Shown piece after piece: positions 25,801 through 38,300 of a DNA stretch of 64,000 nt. The stretch covers positions 930,001-994,000 of the forward strand of contig OZ218951.1 of the NCBI GenBank assembly GCA_965112735.1. The letters run 5' to 3'. The notes below the pieces were generated by a model. That model was not told where the DNA came from. It did not search any database and saw only the letters and a program-made list of their open reading frames with translations. Within the stretch, counting starts at the first letter, position 1; the number at the start of each line of letters is the position of its first letter. The translations under genes were made by a program, and so were the position numbers. The DNA is from Phaeosaccion multiseriatum. Lineage: Eukaryota > Protista > Ochrophyta, other classes.

Positions 25801-28800
25801 GGGGGCAGGGGCAGGAACAAAGCCACCGAAGACTGAAGGTCTGTTGCTGTCTTGTTCTGGCCCCTGCTGCTGGTCATGCTGGGAGAGAGAGAGAGACAGT
25901 GTGTGTGCGTGTGTGAGTATGTACCTTTTCACCTCCATCCCTCCCTTTTTTCCTCCCTCCCTCTCTCTCTCCCTTCGTCCCTCCCTCCCTCACCTTCCTC
26001 CGCTTGATGCGTCGGCCATCTAGGTCGTGTGTGGCAGCGCTACTTCCCATGCTGCTGCCACCCCCTCGCCGGGTACGGCCCCCGCCTCCTCCTCCTCCCC
26101 CTTCTGCTGCTGCTGCTGCTGCTGATCCTCTCCCCCTCGCTCTTGCCCTACCTCCTCCAGCAGCCCTGCTGGCGACGCCGACGTGAAACTTGAGGCAAAA
26201 GATGCAAAGGACAAGGCCACAGGGCAAAGGGAGAGGAGGGGTAAGCGACGAACGTGTAGACAAAGGTAAGGGTAGGGCAGCCCAGGAGTGAGTGGATACT
26301 CTGCTCTCTGTCTGCTACAGAGAAGGGAGTGAAGTGGAGTGGACTGGAGTGTGTGTTTGCGTGTGTGTGCCGTCTGTACGTATCACGATGTTCGCGTCAC
26401 TACCAAGTGCGGTACCTGCGGTGGCAGCTTGAGGCACACGTCCTGAGCGAGGCCGGCGTTGGCGAGCACGTGCTGCGTCTCGTCGTAGTCCGCACAGGAC
26501 GGGTTGGCGTTGGCAATGAGCACGGTGTTTCCCTGCAGGGGATGGCAGTGGATGGGGGGTGGGTGGGTCAGCAGACGGAATGGGTGAGTTGATTGGTTGG
26601 GTGGTTGGTTAGTTGGTTGTGTGGTTGGCAGACAAGGCACGGCAAGGCACAACAGCGCCAACTTACTCAGACTCGAAAAAAGCGATACATACAAGTACCA
26701 CCACCACAGAGCGAAAGTGAGCAGCGCAGAGAGGAAGTGCACAGTCAGAGCACGGCAGCGGAGCTATCCTGAGCAGACTACGCCGGTGTGTGAACATGTG
26801 TATGCGAGTGTGCGTGTGGGTATGTATGTATGTTGTGTGTGTATGTATGTACGCGTGTTTGCGTGTGTGAGAGTGTGTGCATGCGTGAGTCTCACTCACC
26901 ACATCCGCCCCTACGAGGTGGCTCTGAAACATGTGCGTGAGCTTGCTCTCTCGGAAGGGGATGTGTCCGGTGCCTGCGTCCATCCCGCCGCCGCTGCTGC
27001 TGCTGCTCCAGGGGGAGGAGGAGGAGGAGCCACACGTAAGCTTATGGAGGGAATGGATGCAAAGGCTGACTGGGACGAAGCAGTAGAGACGAGAGGGCAT
27101 CTTTCTCGCCTGTTAGCGGCGTGACTCCCTCAATCTCTCTCTCCCCCCGCTCTGTTCAGATCTCTTCCCTCACTCACTCCCTCAACTCACCCTGCCTGCT
27201 GCTGTCTCAGCATGGTCTGAAGACATCGCCACAAGATGGACATGGACAGGTTGATCTTGTTGGCTTCGTTCAGTCTGAGGAGGAGGGGGAGGAGGAGGGA
27301 GAGAGACAGAGGGAGAGAGAGAGAGCGAGACAGAGAGGAAGAGAGAGGAGGGGATGGCGTGGCATACGGAAGGGAGAGGAACAGACGTCAAGAGAGAGCT
27401 ATGACGGCATGTACCAGCTACCGCTCCCGCCCCTCCCTCTCTCCTCCTCCTCCCCTCTTTCTCTCCCTCACCCCTCCCCCCCTCCTCCCACCCCCCTCCC
27501 GCCCCCCTCCTCCTCCTCCTCCTCCTTCTCACCTTTCCACGTCCCCATCCAGCACCCCGCTGCGTCCCACTCGCTCGATGCCCGCCAGATCCACCAGCCA
27601 CAAATTCACCCCGGCCCTGCCCCACCACCCTTTCCCACCACCACTACCACCACCTCGACCTCGACCACCCCCACCGCCGCCAACTGTAATCATGCACACC
27701 GTATGACTACGACTCGAGCCTGCATCGTTGAGCTGCGTCTTCTCCACATGACGCCTCTGCTTGCCCTCGCGCAGGAGGGAAAGCGCTGCGTCCGTGCTGT
27801 CGATGGATTGCTTAGTGAGGCCCCGCACCGCCGTGAGTCCCTGCCGGGTGGTGACAGAGAGACCACGGCGTATCTGGGTGGGGTTGCTTGGGCTGCTTGG
27901 GGGGGGGGGGAGTGGGTGTCGGGGGTTGGAGTTGGGTGGGAAGGGGTTAGTTAGTGGCGTCAACTTGTGCTACAGCTGTGTGCGAGGTCCTCTGGACAGT
28001 ACAGCACAGTATGGCATCAAAAACGTGCATGGTTGAAGGCAGTTGAGCAGCGAGCAGCGTGAAGCCTCCTCTGTGGCACCCTTACTGGCGCCCTTCCTCC
28101 CTCCCTTCCCTCCCCTCCCGTCTACTGCCATCCCTCTCCTCTCACCTGGGCACAAGCAGGTCGAATACCTTGTCCTGGTAGATCTCCAGGAAGGAAAGCT
28201 TCACTGCAGGGGGCTGAGGTAAAGCGTTGGCACGCTGCAACACATCCTCTAAGGCACGGGGCAGCAGTCCTGCGAAGCAAGGGAGGGGGGGCAGTGAGTG
28301 GGTGAGTGGGTGAGTGAGTGAGTGTGAGTGAGTGAGGGAGTGTGAGGTGAGTGAGTGAGTGAGGGGAGGGGAGGTGAGTGAGGGAGGTGAGTCAAGGTGA
28401 GGGAAGGAGCGGAAGTAGGGTTGGCGGAAGGAAGGAATGAAGGTAGGAAGGACGTATGAGCAGTAGCGTCAGGCGGTTTACTGGCCGCACCGTGTAAGGG
28501 GCCACGCGCTAACGCTAACAAATCTGTGTGGAGCGCATGCCACGCCCGCACCCACCCATCCACCCACCTGGGTCCTCGTCTTTACCCATGACGGTGTGGG
28601 TCTTTCCAGCGTTGCTGGCGCCGTACGTGAACAGCAGGCCGCTTCGGGGCTTGCGTTCATTGCTGCTGCTGTCTTCTCCTCCCGCGGTTGTTGAAGAGGA
28701 AGGCGCCGTGGGGGAGGGGGGGAAGAGACCGGCAACGAGGGGCTGTGCGGTGGACTCGTAGAGCTGCTTCTGGCTGGACTGAGGCCCGAACACGTGGCTG

Positions 28801-30003
28801 AACTTGAAGGCCTTGGTGTAGCGCTCCCGGCCTACCGAGGCAAGGGTAGGTAGCAGCGAGCAAGAGGGAGGGAGAGGAGGAGGGGAGTAAGAGCGGTGGG
28901 GAAGGAGGGAGATCGGCGATCCATACACTACTGAAACGCTTACACGAGTCCACAAACTCGGCTGAGACCGATGCTACCGGCACGCAAGCACACACACATC
29001 ACAGCACGTAAATTACGCATACGTACGCACCTCCTCTCGCCCTCGCCAGCTGAGAAGTCTCGGGAGGTACCGTGAGGACGGTGTCCGCTCCTCCCTCTCC
29101 ACCCCCCGAGGGCACTTGCAGAGAAGTGGGGGTGCCTACTGCCACAGGCCGTACTCGCAGAAACACCTCCAGATGGCGACGATTTGCACTACCAGTACTG
29201 CTCGCGGCAGGGGCAGCGGCAGCAGCAGCAGCAGCAGGGCCAGTAGGGGCGGGGGCAGCGCCCTTGTTGACAACAGCGGCAATGTGAGTGTCGGAAGGAG
29301 GAGCGGCCCTCGCCCTACTCATGCTGCGGGTGCAAGTCTTGGTCCCTTCCTCGTTGCTAATGGCTCGATGTTCTGCGACTTTGACGGTGCCGCTTCCCGT
29401 GTCTTGGGAAGGAGGAGAGGCGGGGGATGCCACTGTCGTTGCGGAGGAGGAAGCAGACACCGGACTTTCGTCCGTTGCCTCTCTCTCTTCCTGCCCGTTT
29501 TCCTCTCCTTCCTCCTCCTCATCATCTCCTGCTGCTCTCGCGGATTGGTCCTCTGCTTCTGCTCCAGCTTTCCCCACGCTTACCGGTGCCTTCTGCTTCA
29601 GCAGCTGGAACTGTCGCTGCAGCTCATCACTCCCGCAATCTTCAGCCTCTTCTCCTCCTTCCACTTTTTCTTCTGCTGCCGCCGGTGCTGCTACTGCTGC
29701 TGCTGCTGCTGATGGTCCCGTTGATTCACCCCCCCGCGCCCCGGTATCATCGCAGCCGTCGTCGTCACTGAACAACATCATCCCCTCTCCCCCCTCACCC
29801 TCGTCGTCCTCCGTGGCGTTCTCAAACGCCCCCCTGAGCCTCTTCTTGAGCCTCGACATGGGCTCTCGGAGGATAGATACGTCCTGCATATCCGTGTCTC
29901 CCTCCGCCACCAGGCCCACCTCCACGGCCGAGTGGATGGGCGACAGCCCGTCCAGGCTGGGTCGGAAGGCCACCCCGAGCTTGCGCGTCGATCGCGTCGT
30001 CAT
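22802..30003 (-). CDS. Kinesin motor protein, kinesin-6 (KIF20/KIF23/MKLP)-like, with a long acidic tail and a SAP-like motif
   Basis: Multi-exon. HLEVFLRVRP, FKFSHVF, LLFTYGASNAGKT (P-loop), SFLEIYQDKVFDLL, LNDAGSSRSH, LVDLAGIER, HIPFRESKLT, VLIANANP..DYDETQHVL; tail EIRTEVAAEM; SAP-like MRSVELRQLCKKNGLPRGGTKKELRRRL at ~23610-23705. Confidence 0.87.
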
Positions 30004-30216
30004 CTCTTAGCCTCTTTGTACTCTCTCTTTTATCTTCTCTTTCTCTAAAATTGCCAACCGCCACGTTTGTCTAAAAGTAAAGGAGTCGCCTCCTTCACTC
30101 CTTTTCTCACTGCTTTGTCTTCTACTTTGGGCTCTTGGGGAGTTCCCTGTCATCGCTGTATGGCCAAAGAGAAACTGGGGAGGCCTTACTGCCCCGCATC
30201 ATCAGATCATGGACAA

Positions 30217-30993
30217 TGGAGAGGCCGAGGACGATGGCAGTCAGGGGGATAGATACTAGGGCTGTGGACAGCAGCCTCATGGATGGAGAGCTTGGTCGCG
30301 CTCTAGCATCGTGCAACACGTCCAACGCTTGGTCTAGGGCTGAAGCGGTGGCGAAAAAGGTTGGGAAACAAGTGGGGAGAAGCGTAACACCGCGAGAGCT
30401 TGACGACTTCATGCTCCATGTCGGGGCAGAGGGCCTCCAACAGCACGGCGTGTGGCGCATGAGCTTCGGAGCCAAGTACATGCCCCTCGTCCTCGTCAAC
30501 CGCGCCTACGCCGGGGCAGTGGAGGCAGCAGCAGTAGTAACAGCAGCAGCGGCGGCAGGAGGCGAACAGCAAGAACAAGTTCATTGCACGTGCGGCGCAG
30601 CACCCAACAAGACCTCTTGTTCAGAGCGTGCGGAGAAGCGTTACTTCGGGAGCCATGACTATAACGCGGGCCGCCATGCCTCCACTCAGGTGCGTAGGTG
30701 CTTGCGCCTGAAACTCTTTCTCAGCAGTGCGACAAGTGTTCTCCCTCGTCTACATCTGCTGCTCTTTGCTCATCCTTTCCTTCCCTCCTCATCGACATTC
30801 AGTCGCATTCATCAGTGAGGCAGTGTTTCGCTCTTTGCTCAGTTTCCCCTTCCGCCCCCCCCCCCCTTCAACCATACTCGTACGTGTCGCTATACAGTCA
30901 CAGTGTCTGATGTGGCAGCCGCCGACCACAGGGCACCTCCACTCCTGGCGCCGTGGCTTCTCGGAGCCGTCCGAGTTTGGAAGCAAGAAGTGA
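30217..30993 (+). CDS. Hypothetical protein, probably two exons (30217-30689 and ~30898-30993)
   Basis: Coding-like ORF divergent from the kinesin, with CAG|GTGCGT donor and ATACAG acceptor joining in frame; no recognised domain. Confidence 0.35.
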
Positions 30994-31606
30994 AGGCACT
31001 ACTTTCTTTCCTTGTCGGTCGTCTTGTCGAGAGAAGTAAGACTGCGCTGTCGCTTCGTCTTGCCGAGCTCGACAAGTACACACCTGTGTGTGCCAACACT
31101 CCAAGAACTGTGTGGGGCCGGCCGCGAGATGTCCCATAACGACGACACAGCCACGCCACTGCAGCACTCGCTGCGCTTCTTGACGCCTTGCTGAATGGAA
31201 GTGAAGACGAGCGGCTCAGTGCGGGGCAAACGAAGCTGATCGATCAAAAGCGACGAAATCGACGCACCACAGGGGACATCACATACTGCTTAGGATGGCC
31301 AAGAGGTCCCCCGTTCTCTCCTTGCCCCTTTGCGTCTCACTATGTCGGCCCCAGGTCCTCCTACTGTGCTGGCTTTTAGGTCTAGAGCGGGAAATTGGCT
31401 GACCAGCAGAGAGTGGCAGGGTTGGGTCGCAGCCCCCAGAGGCCTCTAGAGATGGTCGGATACACCGGGCCCATCGACTGCAGCAGGCTGGGATGTGCGT
31501 GCGTGCGGTAGGCCACCTCCCCACTTTGTTCTCAGTGAGGGGCGGCTTGGCCTACTCTAGAAGTCACCGCTTACGTCCCAGGAGGAGGAGGAGGAGGGGC
31601 AAAGAA

Positions 31607-31695
31607 TCGACCCCTGACGCACTGTCGCCCACATTCTCGATAGCGCGGAATCGGGCCCCGGGGGGCCCGATAGCGGACAGTGCATCAGGGGTTGA
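31607..31695. mobile_element. MITE-like element, copy 2 (short, opposite orientation to 12247-12452)
   Basis: TCGACCCCTGACGCACTGTC...GACAGTGCATCAGGGGTTGA ends; AAAGAA on both flanks; shares GCCCACATTCTCGATAGCGCG with the reverse complement of copy 1. Confidence 0.75.
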
Positions 31696-31886
31696 AAAGA
31701 AGAAAAGAAGGGCAAAGGAAGCGAGGAAGGCGTGTTCTCGTCAGGATGCATGCATTGAGAGCCATCCCAGGCTAGGTCGAGGCGGCCTGCTTGCTATCGC
31801 TCGCTCGCTCTCACTGCTTGTCACCACTCTCCTGTGGGTTTCACTTTCGAGACCCCAGCTCTGTTTGCTATGGAATGCTCGGCCCC

Positions 31887-32034
31887 TGACAAGATTCTGA
31901 GGCGACCCAGGTTCCAGGTTCTGGGGGAAAGCCATGTAATAAGGCAATGATGAGGGCCAAGGCTGCTCTGCCAAGCCTCGCCAGCGGGCCAGGTTCCCCG
32001 CTCCTGGGTCGCCTCAGAACCTTGAACCTTGTCA
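31887..32034. repeat. Inverted-repeat-bounded ~150-bp segment (possible second MITE family)
   Basis: TTCTGAGGCGACCCAGG (31895-31911) and its exact reverse complement (32003-32019); ends TGACAAG...CTTGTCA. Confidence 0.55.
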
Positions 32035-32339
32035 CCGCCCGATCGATTGTGTAAAAAAGTTTGGGTGGCCGCAGAAAACGCCTTCAGAAATCTATGTTCC
32101 GCCATTCGTATCCCCCATTACTTCTTGGAAATTAGGCCCACTGCCATCAGATATGTTTTGCTCATTGTGTGTGTCGTTTGGGCGGCCGCAGAAATCCGCC
32201 GTTGTATTCGTACCCCCTCCAACACACACATTTCTTCTTTAACGTTTTTTTTTCCCTTTTTTGCTCATAGTCGCTCATATAACAGGCAGGGCCAACTCTC
32301 TCTTGCTCCTAGTGGTGCTTAAGGGAACAAAAAGTGAGA

Positions 32340-35300
32340 ATGGATCATGGTGGACGAGGAGGGGCCGATGCCCTAGGAGGAGTGACGCCCGGAGAGACAG
32401 CAGCAGCGGCAGCCGCCACAGGCCGTCCAGCAGCAGGCAGAGGGGATGATGGCCGGAAGACGAAGCCCCTCCTCCTCCCCCGCCACGGCAATGGAAATGA
32501 AGTTTCCAGGGTTGAGGAAGGCCGTCGTAAAGTTCCAACGGGGGGGGTGACGCAAGTCTTGTGGGAGCGAGACTCTCCAGCAGGCGACGAAAAGGAGGAA
32601 CAACGAGGCGGAATCGACGAAGGAGTCGCGACCTCTTCTTCTCTCGCTCCTCTACTGAGGAGGGCTCACGAGGCTGTTGCTGACCTCGGCGACAAGCCCT
32701 TTGCCTTTTGGTACGATGGCAAGGGCAAAGAGGCGGAGAGGTACAGCTTCAGACGCATGTGGGATGAGGTAAGCAACGCAACGACCAAACATTCCGTGGA
32801 GGTGTTGATGCCCTTGCTTGCTCTCTCATGCCGATTCAGCTGCTGCTGGCGTGCTGTAGTCTTGCACCTTAACCCCCCCCCGGTACTCCTACTAGACACT
32901 TTGTGATAATTAACCCAAGATGCGACGTTCTTCTTCTCCCAACCCTGCCTTGTGCTTGCTTCCTCAGGCGGGCAAGATTGCCTACATGCTGCGCGAGGAG
33001 TGGGGCGTGCCCAAGGGCGGCATGGTGGTGCTGTGCTACGGGCCGGGCCTGCATTTCTTCGCCGCCTTCCTGGGCTGCTTCAGAGCAGGTGTGGTGGCGG
33101 TGATGGTGTACCCGCCTGCTCCTCCCCTGTCCAAGTCGCTGCCAAAGATGAGCAAGATCGTGGCGGACTGCAAGCCCATGCTGTGCCTCACCGACTCCAT
33201 CATCGCAGCTGTGCGCAATATGGACAAGGTCAATCTACTCTCGGACTCCCGCAAGCTGTGGCCTGATGACCTCGACTATAAGGCTACAGATGGGGGGCTG
33301 TTCCAGAGCCTCTTCTCCTCCTCATCGTCCTCCTCGTCAGCAAGGAGTTTCAATGAGCTGAGCGTGGCCGAAGAGGACTTGGCCTTCGTGCAGTACACCA
33401 GCGGCTCCACGGGCGACCCCAAGGGCGTCATGGTGACCTTCGGTGCGCTCATGGCCAATGTGTACCTCATCGGCTGCCACCCCGCCACGGGGATGTGCCG
33501 CTTTTGGCCCTCACACAAGGCTGGAGACTCCTCATCAGACCAGCCTGAGGCGAGCCGCAGCGGTCCTATCCAGAGGGCTGCACCAAGTGAGCGGATCCAT
33601 TATATGCCAGCAACGGGCTTCTCGTGGTTGCCCCAGTATCATGTGAGAATAGAGAGGGAAAGTGAGCGAGCGAGAGGAAGTAGAGGCAGGACAGACGAAG
33701 CAAGGGAGGAGAAACGTGGAAACGGCTAGGAACGGAGCGCCAAACCAGCTTGAGGAAGGGGAGAAACGCTGTGCGGTTGGACACCCCTCTGCTATCCTTT
33801 GTGTCTCGTCTTGCCTTTTGCTGTTGCTCACTCGCGCCCCACTCACTACCCTGCCTTCTCTTTCTGTGCTTCTCAGGACATGGGCCTCGTACTCGGCCTC
33901 CTCACCCCCTTCCTGACGGGCATGACTATGCATTACATGTCCCCCGTCAGCTTCATCAAGCGGCCCCTGCTCTGGCTGGAGCTTGTCTCTCGGCACCGCG
34001 TGGAGTGGTCTGTCGCCCCCGACTTCGCCTACGCCCTCTGCGCCCGCTACATGGCCAAGGTGCGCGGCACTCGCAAGGAACCCAAGCTGGATCTGTCTTG
34101 CGTGGTCAGGCTAACGTCGGGAGCCGAGCCAATCCGGGCGGAGACGGTGGAGAGGTTCGAAGGGACCTTCCTGCCTTTCGGCCTCCGGCAGGGGTGAGTG
34201 AGCGTGTGGCACGAGCTATGACTGCGCTTGAGCTCGAGAGACTTGTCCCGACATCCTCCGTGCTCCCCCCTTTTTTCGGCCGGTGAGTGGTTTCTAACCT
34301 CATACCTCGCCCGTGTATGTGCCTCTCTGTGTTTGTGCACTGAGTCGACAGGTGGTTCTCGGCTGCGTACGGGCTCGCTGAGCACGTAGTGTCAGGTAAG
34401 AAGTCTGCACAGAAGGGGGGACGGGTCGAGGCGAAGGGACAGGCGGTGGTGCAGTTAATTCGCTCTCAGTGTAAGAATCGGTCCAGAGGCTCATACACTC
34501 GTCCTCTCGCCTTCCCCACCCCCTTGCACACTTTCCCCAGTCTCCTGGGCCACTGTCCTCGATCGATCGCCTTCTCGTCCCGACCTCACCAGCGTTGGCT
34601 CCCCGAGCGAGAGAGCAGACTTTATGGACATTCGAATCGTCAATCCCGACACCATGGCCGAGGTCAGCGAAGCAGGAGCCATGGGAGAGGTCTGGGTCTC
34701 CTCTCCCTCTGTCGCCGCCGGGTACTGGGGCAAGCCCGAGCTGTCGAAGGAGGTGTTCCAGGCGAAGCTCTCTCTCCAGGGTGGGGCCGGGGGCAGTGAC
34801 AGCAGCTTGTCTCCTCGCCAGTACCTGCGGACAGGTGACTTGGGTTTTGTGGAAGAGGGGCTGCTGTACATCTGCGGCCGCATCAAGGACCTCATCATCT
34901 TCAATGGGGTCAACCACTACCCGCAGGACGTTGAGTTCGCTGTGCAAGAGGCCTCCAGCGCCGTTCGGCAGGGCTGCATTGCGGCCTTCTCCTCCGACGA
35001 GACGGGAGGGGACGGTGTGCTGGAGGTGGTGTTCGAGATCCGCCAAGAGCGAGAGGGCGAGGCCCAGGCAGTGGTGGAGGCCGCTCAGGCCGCCTTGTCG
35101 TCCTCCTTGGGTCTCAGAGCGGCGAAGGTGGTGGCCATCAAGCAGAAGACCATCCCCAAAACCACGAGCGGCAAGATCCGACGGCGGGCGACGAGACAGG
35201 CGCTTCACGCTGGCGAGCTGCACATGGTGCACGAGCTCATCGAGGACCGCGCTACGATGTCACAGGTGCGAGTGAGCGGGAGTGGAGGCCTCTTGCCCAT

Positions 35301-38300
35301 CTCTCCAATCCTTTGCCCCCTTCAGTCTCTGTGCTTTGGTACTTGCCCTTCACAGCCCTTTTCATCCGTGCAGTTGTGGTGAGAGAATCGTCTGCTGAGG
35401 GCTTTGCGTCGAGTCTCACCCCACTTGTCATGCCCATTTCTCCCCCAACCTAAACCGACAGGACTCTCCTCCTGTGAACCTTGCCAGCGTGTGCTCAGCT
35501 CCCGAGGAAAGGGCTTGCTTCGTCGAAGGCGTTGTCCCGGAGGGGAGAGGAGGAGGAGAAGGCGGTCTGGCCATGCGTGCTATGGAGAGCCTCGATAGGG
35601 AGGCAAGGGTGGCCATCATCTTGGAGAAGCTCCTCGAGTTTGCCGTAGAGGTGACGCATAATGGAGATTTGACCGCCGACGACCGCTTCATGGAGGCGGG
35701 CATGACCTCGGTGATGATGGCCGAGCTGGCGGTGATGCTCGAGGACTTTCTGGGCAGCGAGAAGACTGAAGAGTGGAGCGACAAGGATTCTGAGATTGGG
35801 GCCGACGCCCTCTTTGACTATCCGACACCAGCTCTACTCGCAGCTCACCTGGAGACGGTCCTGTTTGGAGAAGAAGAGGAGAACGTCGCTTCCGTTGACG
35901 GACTGCCTCGCTCCATTCCTGGGGTCTCTTCTTCTGACGGTAGCAGCGGCGACATTGCAGTCATTGGGATGGCCTGTCGGTTCCCCGGTGGCTGCAACAG
36001 CCCGGAAGAGTTCTGGGCGAAGCTGTGCAATGAAGAGGACTGCGTCACCGATGCACCCCTTGAGCGAGGCTTGGGAACAGGAGTGAGAGGTGCGTTGCTA
36101 CCCTGTGTCCACGAGGCTTGCAAATGTTAGTCTTAGAGGGCATGGAAGCCTTGCTGGGCGCTTCTTTGCCCGTCTCTGTGCCCCACTCACCCCATTTTGA
36201 ACGCTCCTCCTCTCCCCGTCATGCGAGCAGGTGGCTTCATCGACGGTGTTGAAGCGTTCGACAACGCATTCTTCGGCATGTCCACCGCCGAGGCGGAGGC
36301 CCAAGATCCCAACCAGCGCATCATGCTCGAAGTGGCGTACGAGGCTCTGCACAGAGCCGGCTACGAGGGCCGACGCAGGCTTGAAGGTCACCGAGTTGGC
36401 GTGTTTGTGGGCGCTGCAGGGAGTGACTGGCCCGCTTTGCTGCGTGAGAGCGCGGATGGCGTTCCTCTCAGCGCCTACACGTTGGCAGGGGCAAGCAGAG
36501 CATGTTTCGCTGGCCGCATTTTGCATACACTCGGCCTTGTAGGTCCATGCGAAAGCGTAGATGCGGCATGCTCATCGGCCCTAGTGGCCCTCAGCAACGC
36601 GTGCAACAGTCTGAAACTGAGGCAGTGCAGCTCTGCCGTCGTTGGCGGGGTCAACCTGCTGCTCCATGACCAAGGCTTTGGCGGCCTGGCCAGTGCGGGG
36701 CTTCTGTCGAAGGAAGGGTGAGTGTGCTCCTGCAGCTCTGCATCTATTTTCTTCCTTCCAAAGCGCCCTTTCTCTTCTCTCTGGTCCCTTGCTTGGACAC
36801 TGATCCACCCCGCCCCCCACTCTACTTCCTGTCCCGTCTCCTTCTCCAGGTGCTGCAAATCCTTTGACGCGGCCGGGGACGGCTACGTGCGCAGTGAGGG
36901 CAGCGGGGCAGTCGTGCTGAAGTACCTGCCGGACGCCATCAAGGACGGGGACAACATCCTTGCCGTCATCAAGGCAGCGGCTGTCAGCCACAATGGCGTC
37001 AGCACTTCTCTGTCTGCCCCCAAGGGAGCCGCCCAAGAGAGCTTGGCGAGGAGCGCCCTGCTGCAGGCAGGGTGCGAGGGGAGAGAAGTGGGCTACGTGG
37101 AGGCTCACGCCACGGGAACGGTCATGGGCGACACCATCGAAATGGGTACGTCGAAGGAGGCGAAGGGGGTTAAAAGAGGACCATTCGTGTTGGACCATCC
37201 CTGTCGTTTAGAAGCAGGGCATTCGCGTTGGACCATCATTGTGAAGTCTCTTTTACGTCTCCACTCGAAGAATGATGCTGTGGAGAGAGATATCAAACAT
37301 AAGCTTATTCGTGCCCTCTCTCCCTCCCTCCCTCCCTCCCTCCCTCCCTCCCTCCCTCCCTCCCTCCCTCCCTCCCTCCCTCCCTCCCTCCCTCCCTCCC
37401 TCCCTCCTCCCTCCCTTCCTCCCTCCCTCCCTCCCTCCCTCCCTCCCTCCCTCCCTTCCTCCCTCCCTTCCTCCCTCCCTTTCTCCCTCCCTCCCTCCCT
37501 CCCTCCCTCCCTGCCTCCCTCCCTCCCTCCCTCCCTCCCTCCCTCCCTCCCTCCCTTCCTCCCTCCCTCCCTCCCTCCCTCCCTCCCTCCCTCCCTCCCT
37601 CCCTCCCTCCCTCCCTCCCTCCCTCCCTCCCTCCCTCCCTCCCTCCCTCCCTCCCTTCCTCCCTCCCTCCCTCCCTCCCTCCCTCCCTTTCTCCCTCCCC
37701 CCCCCGCCTCCTTCCCTCCCTCCCTCCCTCCTACCCTCTCTCCCATCCTCCCTCCCTCCCTCCCTCTCTCCGTCCCTCATCCACCTACGCATGAAAGCAC
37801 GTCGCGTGATACTCCTTAGGCGCTCTCAAGGCAGCGTTCACCCCCAACAGGCCTGATGCCTCCCCCCTTGCAGTGGGCACTGTCAAGACTACTCTAGGCC
37901 ACATGGAAGGGGCGTCAGGGATGGCTCAGCTCATCAAGGCCATCTTGGTAGTACAACACCGAGAGGCCCCAGCCAACCTACACCTGAAGGAGATCAACCC
38001 CAACTTGAAGCTGGCGGGCGTACCCGTCACGCTGCCCACCCGAAGGACGCCCCTCTCCTCCCACTGCTCTGACGGCTCGACGCTGCTCGCAGGGGTGAAT
38101 TCCTACGGCGTTGGCGGCTTCAACGCCCACGTCATCTTGGGAAGCTATGGCGGCATGAAGCCCAAAGGCGCAGCAGAGAGAGTGGTCATCCCTTGGCAGG
38201 GGTTCCTCTCGTCACGAGAGTTTCCCCTCCCGAGGAGGGCAATACCCACACACGATTGCGAGGGTCCTGTATCTGCTCCTCTCCCAGCTGGAGACGCCCT

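Noticed and set aside
37105-37856. ORFs of GGRE/PPSL repeats
   Set aside because: Translations of the intronic (CCCT)n microsatellite
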